From the NCBI RefSeq assembly GCF_009914755.1, contig NC_060947.1: a stretch of 64,000 nt of DNA; one strand, 5' to 3'. Source of the DNA: the human T2T-CHM13v2.0 reference genome, Homo sapiens. The first letter of the stretch is position 1, and each line of letters starts with the position of its first letter. Positions 1 through 58,030 of this stretch are shown here, piece by piece. Below the pieces are notes generated by a model that made no database searches, was not told where the DNA came from, and saw only the letters and a program-made list of their open reading frames with translations. The translations under genes and the position numbers were made by a program.

Positions 1-47
1 AGAGCAAAAGGTTGGTTAACAAATACAAAAGTACAGCTATAGGCCAG

Positions 48-1370
<1,323 letters not shown>

Positions 1371-1935
1371 TTAGCAAAGAAGGCTCATAAAACCTTCAAA
1401 TGACACCTGTAGTTATAATTGAGAATATGTTGTCTATGTTGTAAATGACATCTCTGAAACTCTAAGTGCTGTAAATAAGGATTTTGAACTCCTGGCCTCA
1501 AGCGATCCTCCCGTCTTGGCCTCCCAAAGTGCTGGGATTACAGGTGCGAGCCACTGCGCCCGGCCGTGGATTTTAGTCCCAGCCTTGCCCCTCTGAGGCA
1601 GTGTAGTCATGGGAAGTTGCTTCGCCTTTTTGTGTTTCAGTTTCCTCAAGTGCAAATGAGGACAACAAAAGGCAGTTTTGTGTCACCTCAGACGTGGTCC
1701 TAAATGGGCCCACCGGGATGGTTCGCATTTTTTAACGTCAGAGCATCAATCTCTAAAGGTCTGCCCCTAGGTTGGGGTCAGGGGTGTCAGAGCTGCCCTG
1801 CCTGTCAAGCCCTGTTCTCCAACTGCCACTAAGAGAGCAGCGGAAATAGGAACACTGAGACCAGCAGCCCGACTCAAGGTGAAGTGCGTGCACCTCTCTT
1901 CCGTCTCCCTTTTGCTCCTCCTGCCTCTGCATTGA

Positions 1936-2745
<810 letters not shown>

Positions 2746-3589
2746 TGATTCCCCCATGTCTGTCTCTTTCTCCCTGACCTGTCGGGGTCTGTCCCTGAGG
2801 AAGTGAGTAAAGTGATCCCACACCTGTCAGGGCTGGACCCCCTTGCTCTTCTCTGATCCCACCCACCTCCTTAACCCCTCTTGCCCACAGACTATTTCCC
2901 TTCTCCCCATGCAGACAGGTGGGTGGCAAACTCAAGGGCCACCGGGGTCACACTGTGAAAGCACCAGCCAGGGAGACCAAAGCAAAAAAAATGAGGATGC
3001 GGAGCTGAGAGATCAAGACAGATAGAGGCAGAGACTAAGGGCTTAGGCAGGGAGGAAGCAGGAAGAAACAGGAGGAGGAACCTGAGACAGAGCCGCTGAA
3101 GTCCTTGCTGGAAGCAGATGGGATTAAATGAGCGACGAGACTGGGAGAGTGCCAGAGAGAGACACCAAGAGGATGCAGGTAAGGCATCTGTCCCCTGAGG
3201 CCCCGCAGCTAGGGTGTGGGTGGGCGGCAGCCGGAGGAGGCCCGGCCTGAAGCCAGCTCACAGCTCACCCGCTCCTCACTATGTCTCCTGTGTTTGCCTG
3301 CATCTGACGTGGTATTCCCCTCTACCTGCCTGCGTTTCTGACCCTCACGCAGCTTCTTCTATTTCTTAGCGTCTCTCCTCCTCTCTGTCTCTTTTCATTG
3401 ATCTCTTGCGTGTCTCTCTGCCTCCATCTCTTTCCACCTCTCTGTCGGTCTCTACCTCCCTACGTGCATGTCTGTTTCTATTTCTCTCCCTCTCTTTATC
3501 TCTCCATCCCCCGTCTTCCCTTGGTCTCTGTAGTCTCTTCTCGTCGAAACAACCAAGGGTCTCACCCCGTATTTCCTTCTTATAGGAAC

Positions 3590-4560
3590 AGAGGCCGCCG
3601 GCCCCGGGCCTAGGTCAGTCAGAGGGCGGGGCCTCAGGGCTCGCCCCAGCCGCGCGCCCCAGCTCGCGAGCCGCGGACGACCCAGGGCGCCCCAGCCCCA
3701 GCTCCGGGCCTGGTGAGCCTGGGTGATGCCGTTGACGCGAGGCCTCCACGGAGTCCCCCCTCCCCCGGCACCGTCCCCAGCCTCCCTGCAACTCTCACGC
3801 GAGGCCCCTAGCCTCGGTTTCCCAGCCCGCTCCCTCGCTTCTAAACGTGGTGCTGCTCCCGCCCCACTCCAGGTGACTCCGGCCCCCCAGCCCCGCCCCA
3901 GCCAGCGGCCGGAGGAGGCCCCGAACGTCGCCGCAAGCGGTCAAGCCACCCGGGCCGAGGGCACGCAGAAGGACCGCTCCTAGGCCCCGCGGGTGGGTCC
4001 GGCCGCCCGCAGCCTGGAGACTGCGCAGCTGGACCCGCGCGCGGGAGAGGGGCGGGGCCTGGCGGTGGGAGGAGGTGGGTCCAGAGGCTGCCGAGGGCGG
4101 GAGCCTGCGGGTCTCGGGGAGCGTGGAGAGGCGCAGCCTCGGAGGAGCCGGGTGGTTGTAGGAAGGAGGTGGGGCCCGCCGCGGGCTCAGGGGACGGTGT
4201 TGAGCGAAACGACCAGGGCGGGTCCGAGGGGCAGGGCCGGAGACCAAGGGAGCGTGGAGCCTCCAGGACTCTCGGAAGGGAAGGGCCTCCAGGAGCTACT
4301 CTCCAGGGGCGGCGCTAGATCCACGCAAGTGAAGGCCTGCAGGGGGCAGGGCCGGCCCAAAGATCCAGAAGGGGCGGGACTAAAGGAGGTATTGGCCCCA
4401 GGACACAAGGAACACCCTGGGTCTGACTGGCGCTCCGATCTCAAAGATGCATGCCTGGTGCTGCCGCCGCGGTACTTGTGGAGATGCGGGTTCGAGGCCT
4501 AAGCCCGGGCCCCGCGCTGCCCTCCCTGGTCCCTCAGTGGCGTGGCTGCGCCCTGCCCGG
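3590..4560. promoter_or_regulatory. CpG island with GC boxes, not at the start of a recognised CDS
   Basis: Dense CpG and high GC, with several GGGCGG/CCGCCC boxes. Confidence 0.7.
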
Positions 4561-4726
4561 CATTGAGTCGCTCAAACAGGTATCACAGCTGTCACCGCTG
4601 AGGACTCTTTACATTCCCACGGACCAGTTTTGTAAGGGACTGGCTTGCAAGAAAGGGACGTTTTTCATGTCTCTCGAGGTATTCGCCACTGGAGCAGTTT
4701 GTGCAGAGGAAACCCTTAACTCCTCA

Positions 4727-5355
<629 letters not shown>

Positions 5356-6209
5356 ACACTTGACCACACTGAGCAGAGGAAAGCAGAAAAGCAGCTCTGT
5401 GACAGAAGGGGAGGCTGATCCAGGGCACCTTCTTTGAAGGAGCTAGGTCTCCTGGCCCCCTTCTTCCATCCCAGATCCACCCTGAGGCCACATGGAGGGA
5501 GGGGAATCACCTTCACAAATGCCGTGCTGAGTGTCCAGAAAGAAGGGACTCCTGTGAGGCCACATTTCCCAGCCTCGGTGACGGGGGCTTGTGGACCAGG
5601 AGTCAGGGATATTGGAGTGTGTGGGGGGGGATGGGGTCAAGGGTGCAACGTCCAGAACCACCCCCATCCCCAGCAATCCTGGTGTTCATTCACTTCTTTC
5701 CCAAGCTTGTTCCTCTGACAGCTAGGACCCATCACCAGGCCCCAGACAACCTTATTCATGTCCCTAATTCACATCTTCATTCTCCCTTCCTGCTCATCCA
5801 TCCCATAGACATTTACTAGAGCCCACTTGCTGTGGGCCTCCAAGTCCTAGGGCTTCCAAGTCCCTGAAGCAGGCTCTGCCCCTCATCCTAAGGAGGGGCC
5901 CCATAGGCAGTTCAAGGAGTCCACACATAGGCATTTCAAAACGGGCTTTAAATACTCATCAGGGTGCCACACAAAGGAGCTGGGGTGAGAACTTCGTACA
6001 TGTGAGTGTGGGGCTGGGGTGCCCTGAGAGAGAAAAAGGGGACCCATCTGTCAGGGCAGCTGGGGTGCCCCACCCCCACCCTGGGACTAGGGAGCAGAGT
6101 AGAAACCCTCTCTGGAGGGTCCCAGGGCTAACTGGGAGCCAGCCCTCCCTTCGAGGTAGACCATCGGGGAGGGAACCGAGAAGTAGCTCCCATGGTGGCA
6201 GTGGCTTCC

Positions 6210-10230
<4,021 letters not shown>

Positions 10231-10780
10231 GGCGCTGGCGTCTGGCCGCGCAGTCAGGCCACGCCCCCAGCGTAGACGCACACCGGCGTCGGAGCTTTCC
10301 GCCTATTACCGGGCAGCGATTGGGTCGCTATACCGCATGTCACGCCAAGGACGCACTCTCATTGGCCAATCGAGTTTCTGCCATTTGTTCATTGCCTCCT
10401 GAGCGTAGTCCAGTTACTTTCAGGCTCGGGGAGTGAAGGCCTCGTTGAGAGAAGGTCTCATTCGGTGTTTTGGGAAGAGAGTCGTGTGGGCCCAGGTATC
10501 GTAGCGGCGACACGAGAGAGACGGGCGGTGTGACAGCCTTCCACTACCTGCACGAGTGTATTGGTAACGTTGGGGTGGGTGCACTCTTTTGGAGCTGGAG
10601 GAAGTGCTGCCCTCTGCTCCCCCATCCCAGCGCTTTGGTTTCTCCCACCCGGCAGTCATGGGGACGCTGGATGAGCCCATTTCTGAAGTGCGGAGGGGCC
10701 GGGCTTCTTAGGCTGTGGGCGGAGCCTGGGCCTGGGAGAGGAACAGGGCCCTGGAGCACCTGGTTTCGGGGACAGTAGGG
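10231..10780. promoter_or_regulatory. Bidirectional CpG-island promoter shared by TIMM17B and PQBP1, including PQBP1 non-coding exon(s)
   Basis: CpG-rich. Palindromic ATTGGCCAAT at 10361-10370, ATTGG at 10319, YY1-like GCCATTTG at 10380. + strand donors at 10496 and 10564; acceptor before 10973. Confidence 0.8.
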
Positions 10781-10972
10781 TTGGTGGGAGTTGCGATGAT
10801 ATTGCCACCTACCTCTTACATCTTTTAGTGCGTATGTTCTGTCCACCCAGCTACTGGTTCATTTGAGTAGATCGGAGTCAGATGAGTACATGTTTACGGG
10901 AGGCGCTTGGTTACGGGATCCAGATAGGAATCTTTATCTGAGCTGCTTGTCAGTTTGTTCGTCTGTCCCTAG

Positions 10973-15560
<4,588 letters not shown>

Positions 15561-15588
15561 AGCTTCGGCCTCCCTGGCCCTGGGTTAA

Positions 15589-15594
15589 AATAAA
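15589..15594 (+). terminator. PQBP1 polyadenylation signal AATAAA
   Basis: AATAAA 28 nt after the PQBP1 stop codon. Confidence 0.85.
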
Positions 15595-15676
15595 AGCTTT
15601 CTGGTGATCCTGCCCACCATACCTGAGTGCTTCCTTTGAGGCTGCCCAACCCAAGTCGGCAAGATACACAACACAT

Positions 15677-15682
15677 TTTATT
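15677..15682 (-). terminator. SLC35A2 distal polyadenylation signal
   Basis: TTTATT on + strand (AATAAA on -), downstream of the last SLC35A2 exon. Confidence 0.8.
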
Positions 15683-15913
15683 TGCAAAAACTCAGCTAAG
15701 AGATAGTGTGGAGCTGGCAGGGGCTGGGGGGCTGAGCTGAGGTGGGTCATGAGAGAGCTTAGTCATGTTGGCCCTGGGTGGGGCAGGGGTGGTGGGGACA
15801 GGGAGTCCAGTGTCTACCTCACTCTACCCCTAATACTGATCAGAGTTTGGTCCCAGCTGGGCCAAGGGCAAGAAGAGAGAACGAGGCCAGGCCAATGTCT
15901 TCAATCCCAGCGG

Positions 15914-24680
<8,767 letters not shown>

Positions 24681-24849
24681 AATGTTAAGCTAGCAGATAA
24701 AAGCAGAGCAGGTGAGGATAAACAAGTGAAAATGCAAAGGAAAGTTGACGCACATAAGGGAAGACAAGTGAGTCACCACTGAGGATGGCAAAGGGGACAG
24801 GCGAAAGGCTCACAGGTTAGCTAGCATTTGGAAGCAGGGCAAGAGTCCG

Positions 24850-25075
24850 GGCCAGAGGCGGTGGCTCACGCCTGTAATCCCAGCACTTTGGGAGGCTGAG
24901 CCGGGCGATCACCTGAGCTCAGGAGTTCCAGCCTGGGCAAAACGACAAAACCCCGTCTCAAATAAAAAAAAAAAATTACCCGGGCTTAGTGGTATGCACC
25001 TGTACCCAGCTACTCTGGAGGCTGAGGCAGGAGAACCGCTGGAACCCGGAAGGCGGAGTTTATACTGAACCGAGA
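24850..25075 (+). mobile_element. Degraded Alu
   Basis: Alu left and partial right arm. Confidence 0.85.
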
Positions 25076-25673
25076 CAAATAAGCAGGGCAAGAGAGGGAA
25101 CAACTCAGGTCGGAACAAGTGAAACCAACATGGAATAGGGTAGGCCAGGTAAGTCAAGTGTTGAAGGAGAAATTAGAGGGATGGGTATGTAAGGGTAAAG
25201 ATGGGGGAAGAGGCTAAAGATAAAGAGCAAAACAGGTGACTACACCCTGGACAGATTCCAGTCAGCGCCCAACCCCAGCCCCGCCCTGGCCAGTACCCTG
25301 ACAGGGCTTTTCTTCTGCAACAGGGGAAAGGGCTTCTTCATTCCCCTGGGGTGCCAGGGAAGGTAGTTTTTCTGCTTCTGAGATAGCCATCTTGATTGGG
25401 GATGTGCCCTAAACACCTTCAATATGCACAGTATCTCCAACAGAGAACCCTTCTGCACATACTGGGCACTGCATAAGATCAGGGGCAGGGGAATCAAGAT
25501 TTTTTTGTGTGTGTGTGGTGCAGCTTCAAGAATCCTTAAAGCTCTTTAGGATGGCAACATAAGACTGTGGCTTCCTGAGGACAAAGCAGAGGGACAGTCT
25601 GTCTCAGTGCACAGTAGATGCTCCATAAAAGCCTCACACCTACAAATGGCCAGCCGCTTCTGATTCTATTACT

Positions 25674-25679
25674 TTTATT
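25674..25679 (-). terminator. PIM2 polyadenylation signal
   Basis: AATAAA on - strand about 0.9 kb after the stop, at the end of an AU-rich block. Confidence 0.75.
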
Positions 25680-26606
25680 AAATAGTGGGTTTCCACACAT
25701 GGCTTTTTAAATAATCCAGGCAGGAGAAGAGAGGAGGGCACACTTGGAACTCCCCTCCCCACAATACGTGATTATTTACATTTTAGTAATTGGACAATCC
25801 CGGCTCAGGAGGAGGTTGCAAGAATCTGCAAAAGTTGGAGGGAGCGCCCCAGGAGAACAAACAGCAAGCCTTATTTCCCCTAGCCCATCCCCCAAAAAAC
25901 CATCCATCCCATCCTAGTGTCTGGTGGTGTCCGGTGGTGTCCATCTTCCATTCCTTCCCAAATTATGGAAGTAAGGTTCTTCTCACCAGAATAAGAGCAC
26001 TTGGGATAACAGAGTAGGGTCCCCTCACCCAAAAAAAAAAAAAAAAAAAAGAAGCCTTGGGGTAACAACAGGGCATTACCTCCCCCAGAATAAAGAATCC
26101 TGGGCTGAGGCAGGTAAGCAGCTTGACCCAATATGGGACCCTAGGCTAGGGGAAAGGGTCCCTTTACTAAAATAAAAGCTACTGGGGTATTGGAAGGAAA
26201 GCACCCTTGCCCAAGTAAGAGCATATGAACTAAGTTTGTGTGGTGGTAGTAGGAGGTGCCAATGTGGGGTGACACATCATCAGAATAAGAGTCCCGGGGC
26301 TCAGAATGGGAACAACTTCACCAAAATAAACTTCCTTAGCAAAATGAGAAGCAAGAAGTTCCCCCTCCAGAATCAGGGACCACAGGTTCTGGGAGGAAGG
26401 CTCCTTTGTAGGATTGGGAAGGGAACTGGGCAGACTTGGTTTATGTCTTCTAACCCCTGATCCTCAATCCCTTACCTTAGTAATACTGGACTTTAATGAC
26501 TGGTAATGACCTGTAAAACCAAGTCAACAAATGTCCATCTATCCCTGTGACATGGCCATGGGATGGCTCTTCTGACCATTGGGGGCCAGGCCAGGCCAGG
26601 CCAGGC

Positions 26607-31311
<4,705 letters not shown>

Positions 31312-31488
31312 GGAGGTGGCGCTGCGCAGATTGAGCCCACTGAACCCGCTAAGCCCGCAGGGCGTGGACGCCCGGGGCAGCGCAGCTGGGGAGCCAGGGC
31401 TGGGGGGCGCCAGGGTGGAAAGCAGAGAAACTGGTGGCCCGGAAGCGCCCGCAGACGGCGCAGCGTTGAGATTCGCCGCGCGCGCCAG
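31312..31488 (-). CDS. PIM2: CUG-initiated N-terminal extension of PIM2 (59 aa; a second CUG gives 34 aa)
   Basis: In-frame CTG at 31488-31486 (GGGG CTG G) and at 31413-31411 (TCCACC CTG G), with no stop before the AUG. CUG initiation is established for PIM kinases. Confidence 0.8.
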
Positions 31489-31489
31489 C

Positions 31490-31990
31490 CCCAATGCTAC
31501 TGAGCCTGGGCACGCGCCTCCCGGGAGAGTCACCCTGGGCGACAGCCCCGCCCACCTGGCTTTGATCAATCCGGACGCGGCACCTGCTGTACCACAGCCA
31601 ATCGGAGCCAGTTCTTATTTGCATACCACCCTCATCGTTTCAAGGGCCCCCTTATGCAAATACACGCTCGGTTCTTCCGAGGAGGCGGGGCCTGCATGTA
31701 AATGAGGGGGCTTGAGGTGGGGCTCACACCAAGAGGAAACCGGTTCTGGGAATCCCTTTGCAGCACCGCGCTTGTTTTGGTTGTTGCGCGGGGTTGTTGT
31801 TGGTAGTGGTGGCGGTGTGTGTGTGTATTTACACTTAAAAAATAACTGCGCAGTATCCTTTCCTGGGAAGTTGGTTTGCCGCCGCTGCCTGGATATTAGC
31901 ACAGAGATAGCGCCAGGCCGGGCTTCTAAGAATTCGCGCTTGTGGCTATCCAAGACTCCGTCTCGAAAGGTGCTTGTCGGACTCCTTCAC
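31490..31990 (-). promoter_or_regulatory. PIM2 promoter with octamer, STAT and NF-kB motifs
   Basis: ATTTGCAT 31617-31624, ATGCAAAT 31654-31661, TTCTGGGAA 31744-31752, GGGAATCCC 31748-31756, TTCCTGGGAA 31860-31869, TTCTAAGAA 31924-31932, CCAAT near 31598, GC boxes. Confidence 0.75.
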
Positions 31991-33598
31991 CGGAGTCCTC
32001 CAGGCGACTGGCGGCCTTCACTGGAAAGCTGAGGCCAGGGCCCTGGAAATATCTGGTAGCCAGGGAGGGGGAACCCCTACCATCAACGCCACGGGTGTGC
32101 ATTGGTCAAAGGCAGCATTGCCTGGTGAGTGTTTATTGGAGCTTTTAACCCTGAGCCCTGGGCCCAGTCAGCAAGTCTAGAATCTAGAACAGCAGGGGGT
32201 GGTTCTTGGGGGATGGGGGTGAGCCCAGAGTGGTGGTGGCATGGGGCTGCTCTTGGAGTTGAGAGAGGCAAGGACTGAGAGACATGATAGAGGCTGCTAG
32301 AGAAGTGGCAACTCTCAGACACAAATTTGTGAAAAACAGCCAGAAAAGGCGCCACACCCCAGGAAGAAAAATGCACTCCAAAGACACATGAATGCCAAGA
32401 TATACACAAACACATACTGTCAGACACATTCACAGAAACGACCTAGATACACATGCAGCCAGAGACTGACATACACTTTCAGGCAAGCACACTGTCAGAA
32501 AAATAGTTATGTCCTAGAATGACACCCAGAGATACACTGTTACAGAAAGGCACTCACGCAGACCTACATTTGCCATGTGATGACACAGAAATGTCCCGTC
32601 ACACTGGCAGAACTTGTCACAAACACACTGTCACCATCAGATATGCACTGTCACAGCAAGACTTGTACTGTCCCAGAAATGAGAGACGCAGAGTCTGTCA
32701 CAGGAAGATGCACAGATGCTCCAGGGACACACATGCACTGCTCTGAAGGCAGACATGTACTGATGTGATAGAATCACATTTTGTGGCAGTGTCACAAAAA
32801 CAGACATGGATAGACCTGTTCAGACACAGACATACATACACCATGACACATGCAGTTTATCAATGGAACAAACTGTCCAGAAATAGCTACCCAGAATCTG
32901 TTGCAGGAACACAAACGGACATCCACCCCATCAGACAGAAACCACAGATGCACTGTCACAGACAGACCCACGCAGGCATGCACGCATCTTGGATTTAGAC
33001 ACAAACTGTCAGAGATAAGAGTCCCACACTCAGTCACCATCTGACACACCTGGAAACAAGCCCTTCATCACACACACAACTGGGGACACTCTGTGAGCTG
33101 CACATGAAGACTTGGACTCACCACAGTCACACACACACAGACAACACCAAAAAAGCACACATGTACTCTCCTTTGTTCACCCAACGTTATTGGGGGTGGT
33201 TTGCTATAAGCCTGCCAGGCCTTGATGGGGATGTTGGTATCAGAGATGTACAGATAAGTCAGGCATCAAACCCGTGCCATGAAGTTTATCTGTAGTACAG
33301 CTACTGGGGAGATTTTTAGATAGAAGTGAGAATGTGAATGGGCTTCTCAGCAGGTGACCCTCTGTCTTGAAAGACAAAGAAGGTTGGTGGCTCAGGACAG
33401 GGGAGGGCAAATTGCAGGCAAAGGCCAAGAACACTGGACAGAGCGGCGAGAGATTGGCAGGGGCCAAATGGTGCAGAAACTTCTACAAAAAGAATACTAC
33501 TAACATTTGTGCTCTCTCAATGTGCCAAGCACTGTGCCCAGGTAGTACGTTACTTTGATCATACATATTCCCTCTAGATGATCACAGCAGAAGCATGA

Positions 33599-33931
<333 letters not shown>

Positions 33932-34703
33932 TGAGACACTTGAAACAGAGAAGCAATTGACCAGGGCCAGGAAGGTTTCAAAGCAACTCTACAACAAATA
34001 GATGCTTGGCCACTGGGTTCCAGACACACTCCGCAGACAGCCACTCAGCTAGCCATGCCCTCAACTGCAGAACCAGACACACATCCTGTCAGAGGGTCTC
34101 CATTATCATGGCATGGTGAAAAAGCTGCTTGAGAAAACCTGGGGGCCAGCCAGCCTTCTTTACCTTGGATTTACCCCTAGGGAGGACAGGCAAAGAGGTG
34201 TCAGACTGGGGGACAAGAACAAAAAAGGGTTTAGCCGTCCTTCACCTTCTAAAACCTAGTGGGTGAGGCCCCTCTGGTTACTTCCACTAAACTCATGTTG
34301 CTACAAAGTATCAGTTGCACTTTTCCAAGGCTTTTCTTCATCAGATCATGATAAGGAAAGAGCAGCATTCATGGTGAGAGGCAGGCGGAGAAGCTGGAAT
34401 TCAGGCAGGAAGTTCAAGCTCACAGTCCTCTGCTACCATCACCCCCCCCCCCCCAGGAAATAGGGTAGGCAGGGGTGGGGTCAGCAGGCAAAGACGCAGC
34501 TTTTCCAGTGGCAATAGGTCCAGAAGGAGGTTTAATAAGCAGCAAATCAAATACAAACTCCAGGCCCCCAGACAGACCCTGCTGGAGAGCATTCACACCT
34601 CTGAGGTCAAGCCAAGGTCCGTGCCATTGCATCCTCTGCCCAGAGGCCCGCCCAACCCCTGCCCCACACAGAACAGAGTCGCTCAGGGAAACTGACATTT
34701 GGT

Positions 34704-34709
34704 TTTATT
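34704..34709 (-). terminator. OTUD5 polyadenylation signal (ATTAAA alternatives at 35131-35136 and 34531-34536)
   Basis: AATAAA on - strand about 0.95 kb after the stop. Confidence 0.65.
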
Positions 34710-35650
34710 GTGCCAAGGACATTACAGATGGCGGATCTTGTCAACACCTGCAGGGCACGGGTGCCCCATCTGCCAAGGCTGCTCCCACACTCCCTACACT
34801 CAAATCCCGGGTGGCAGCCATAATCCCCAAAGATGACCCCCACCCCAAGATTCCAAAGAAGCTAGTGGTGGTGGAAGCAAAAGGAATGCAGCAAGGTCAG
34901 GGTTTCATTGTCCAAGCCGGCCTGACACCTGCCGCCCTGCCCTTGCCCAGTGCACACCCTAGACCCTGGGCCGGCCTCCATGCAGCTGGAGGCCAGAAGA
35001 CAGCAACCCATATCTTTGCACCCTCCTCCATGCCCCATGGCCTGCCTGCCCAGAAAGATGCCACCTTCACAGAGCCAGTGCTGTCGTCTATATCATTTTT
35101 GATTAGTTGATTTTATAAGATAAAAGTAATTTTAATAAAGAAAAAATTCAACATTGAAGGCTCAGACGTTCTTGGGGGTACTGGGAAGGGAAATTTCCCA
35201 CTTCTTCCTCCCACCTCCCTGGCATCAGTGTCGGGGGGTGGCGGCAAGTTTTTCTCATCTTGGAAGGAATGAGGGGCAGGGAGACTTTCCTCTGTCTGAA
35301 TGTCTCTCTCCTCTGGGGCTGCCTGGCTGCCAGTTGGTCTGTCTCTGTGTGCCTCTTGTCTATCTTCGGCACCCTTGCCCGAGTCCCCTGTGGAATGCAG
35401 GGATGGTTCTGTGCGGGATGGGGTGGGGGGCAACAGGGCACATCAGCTGGCAGAGAGACAGGTGATAGTGGCAGCGGCAATGAGAGAGAGTGCAGGGGTG
35501 GGCTAGCCAGAGGGAAGTGAGGAGGAGGGAAAAGAGGGGAGAGCAGAAAGAACAGAAGGAGGCAAGAGGGAAGAAGCCAAAGAAGGTGAGGTGGCACCGG
35601 AGAGCAGGAGTACTGGGGTTGGGAGATGGTGTCCAATCCCTGGGTCTCCA

Positions 35651-56743
<21,093 letters not shown>

Positions 56744-57178
56744 CTGGAGGGAAGAGGTGGGGGTCAGCAACAGGGAAAACCTGTACTCCCTCCCCAGGGC
56801 CCCGACCTCAAGCTCCCGAGAGGCCTAGATCATTGACAGAGAGGACGCTGGCCAAGGTAAAGTTCTCAGCCCTGTTTGACCACTCCATGCATGTGAAGTA
56901 GGAGACTCTTTTAGGGAATTAGTTGCTGAGTGAAACTAAGACTTACTTCCAAAAGGGTCCTAGGTGCCCTGAGAACAGTGGCCCCATATGCCTTATGGCT
57001 TCTGTTGACCTTGCAGGGCCTGGCCCAGGGAGCCACACTGCCTCAGGCAGCCAGAGACTCAGACCCAGCAAGTGCCTGGGTGGAGAATGTGGCTCTACCT
57101 CAAGGAGTTTCATCTAGGAAAGGTGGTGAAGAGGGGGTAACTAGCAAGAGCCTAGATCCTGAACCTGACAAAGGGCTA

Positions 57179-58030
<852 letters not shown>

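Noticed and set aside
3795-4502. 150-aa and 169-aa ORFs in the CpG island
   Set aside because: Stop-poor GC-rich sequence with non-ATG starts and no recognisable domain.
26586-26606. (CCAGG)4 just after the PIM2 stop
   Set aside because: Short simple repeat with no evidence of read-through or function.
34475-35110. 211-aa + strand ORF
   Set aside because: Antisense to the OTUD5 3'UTR, GTG start, no domain or splice support.
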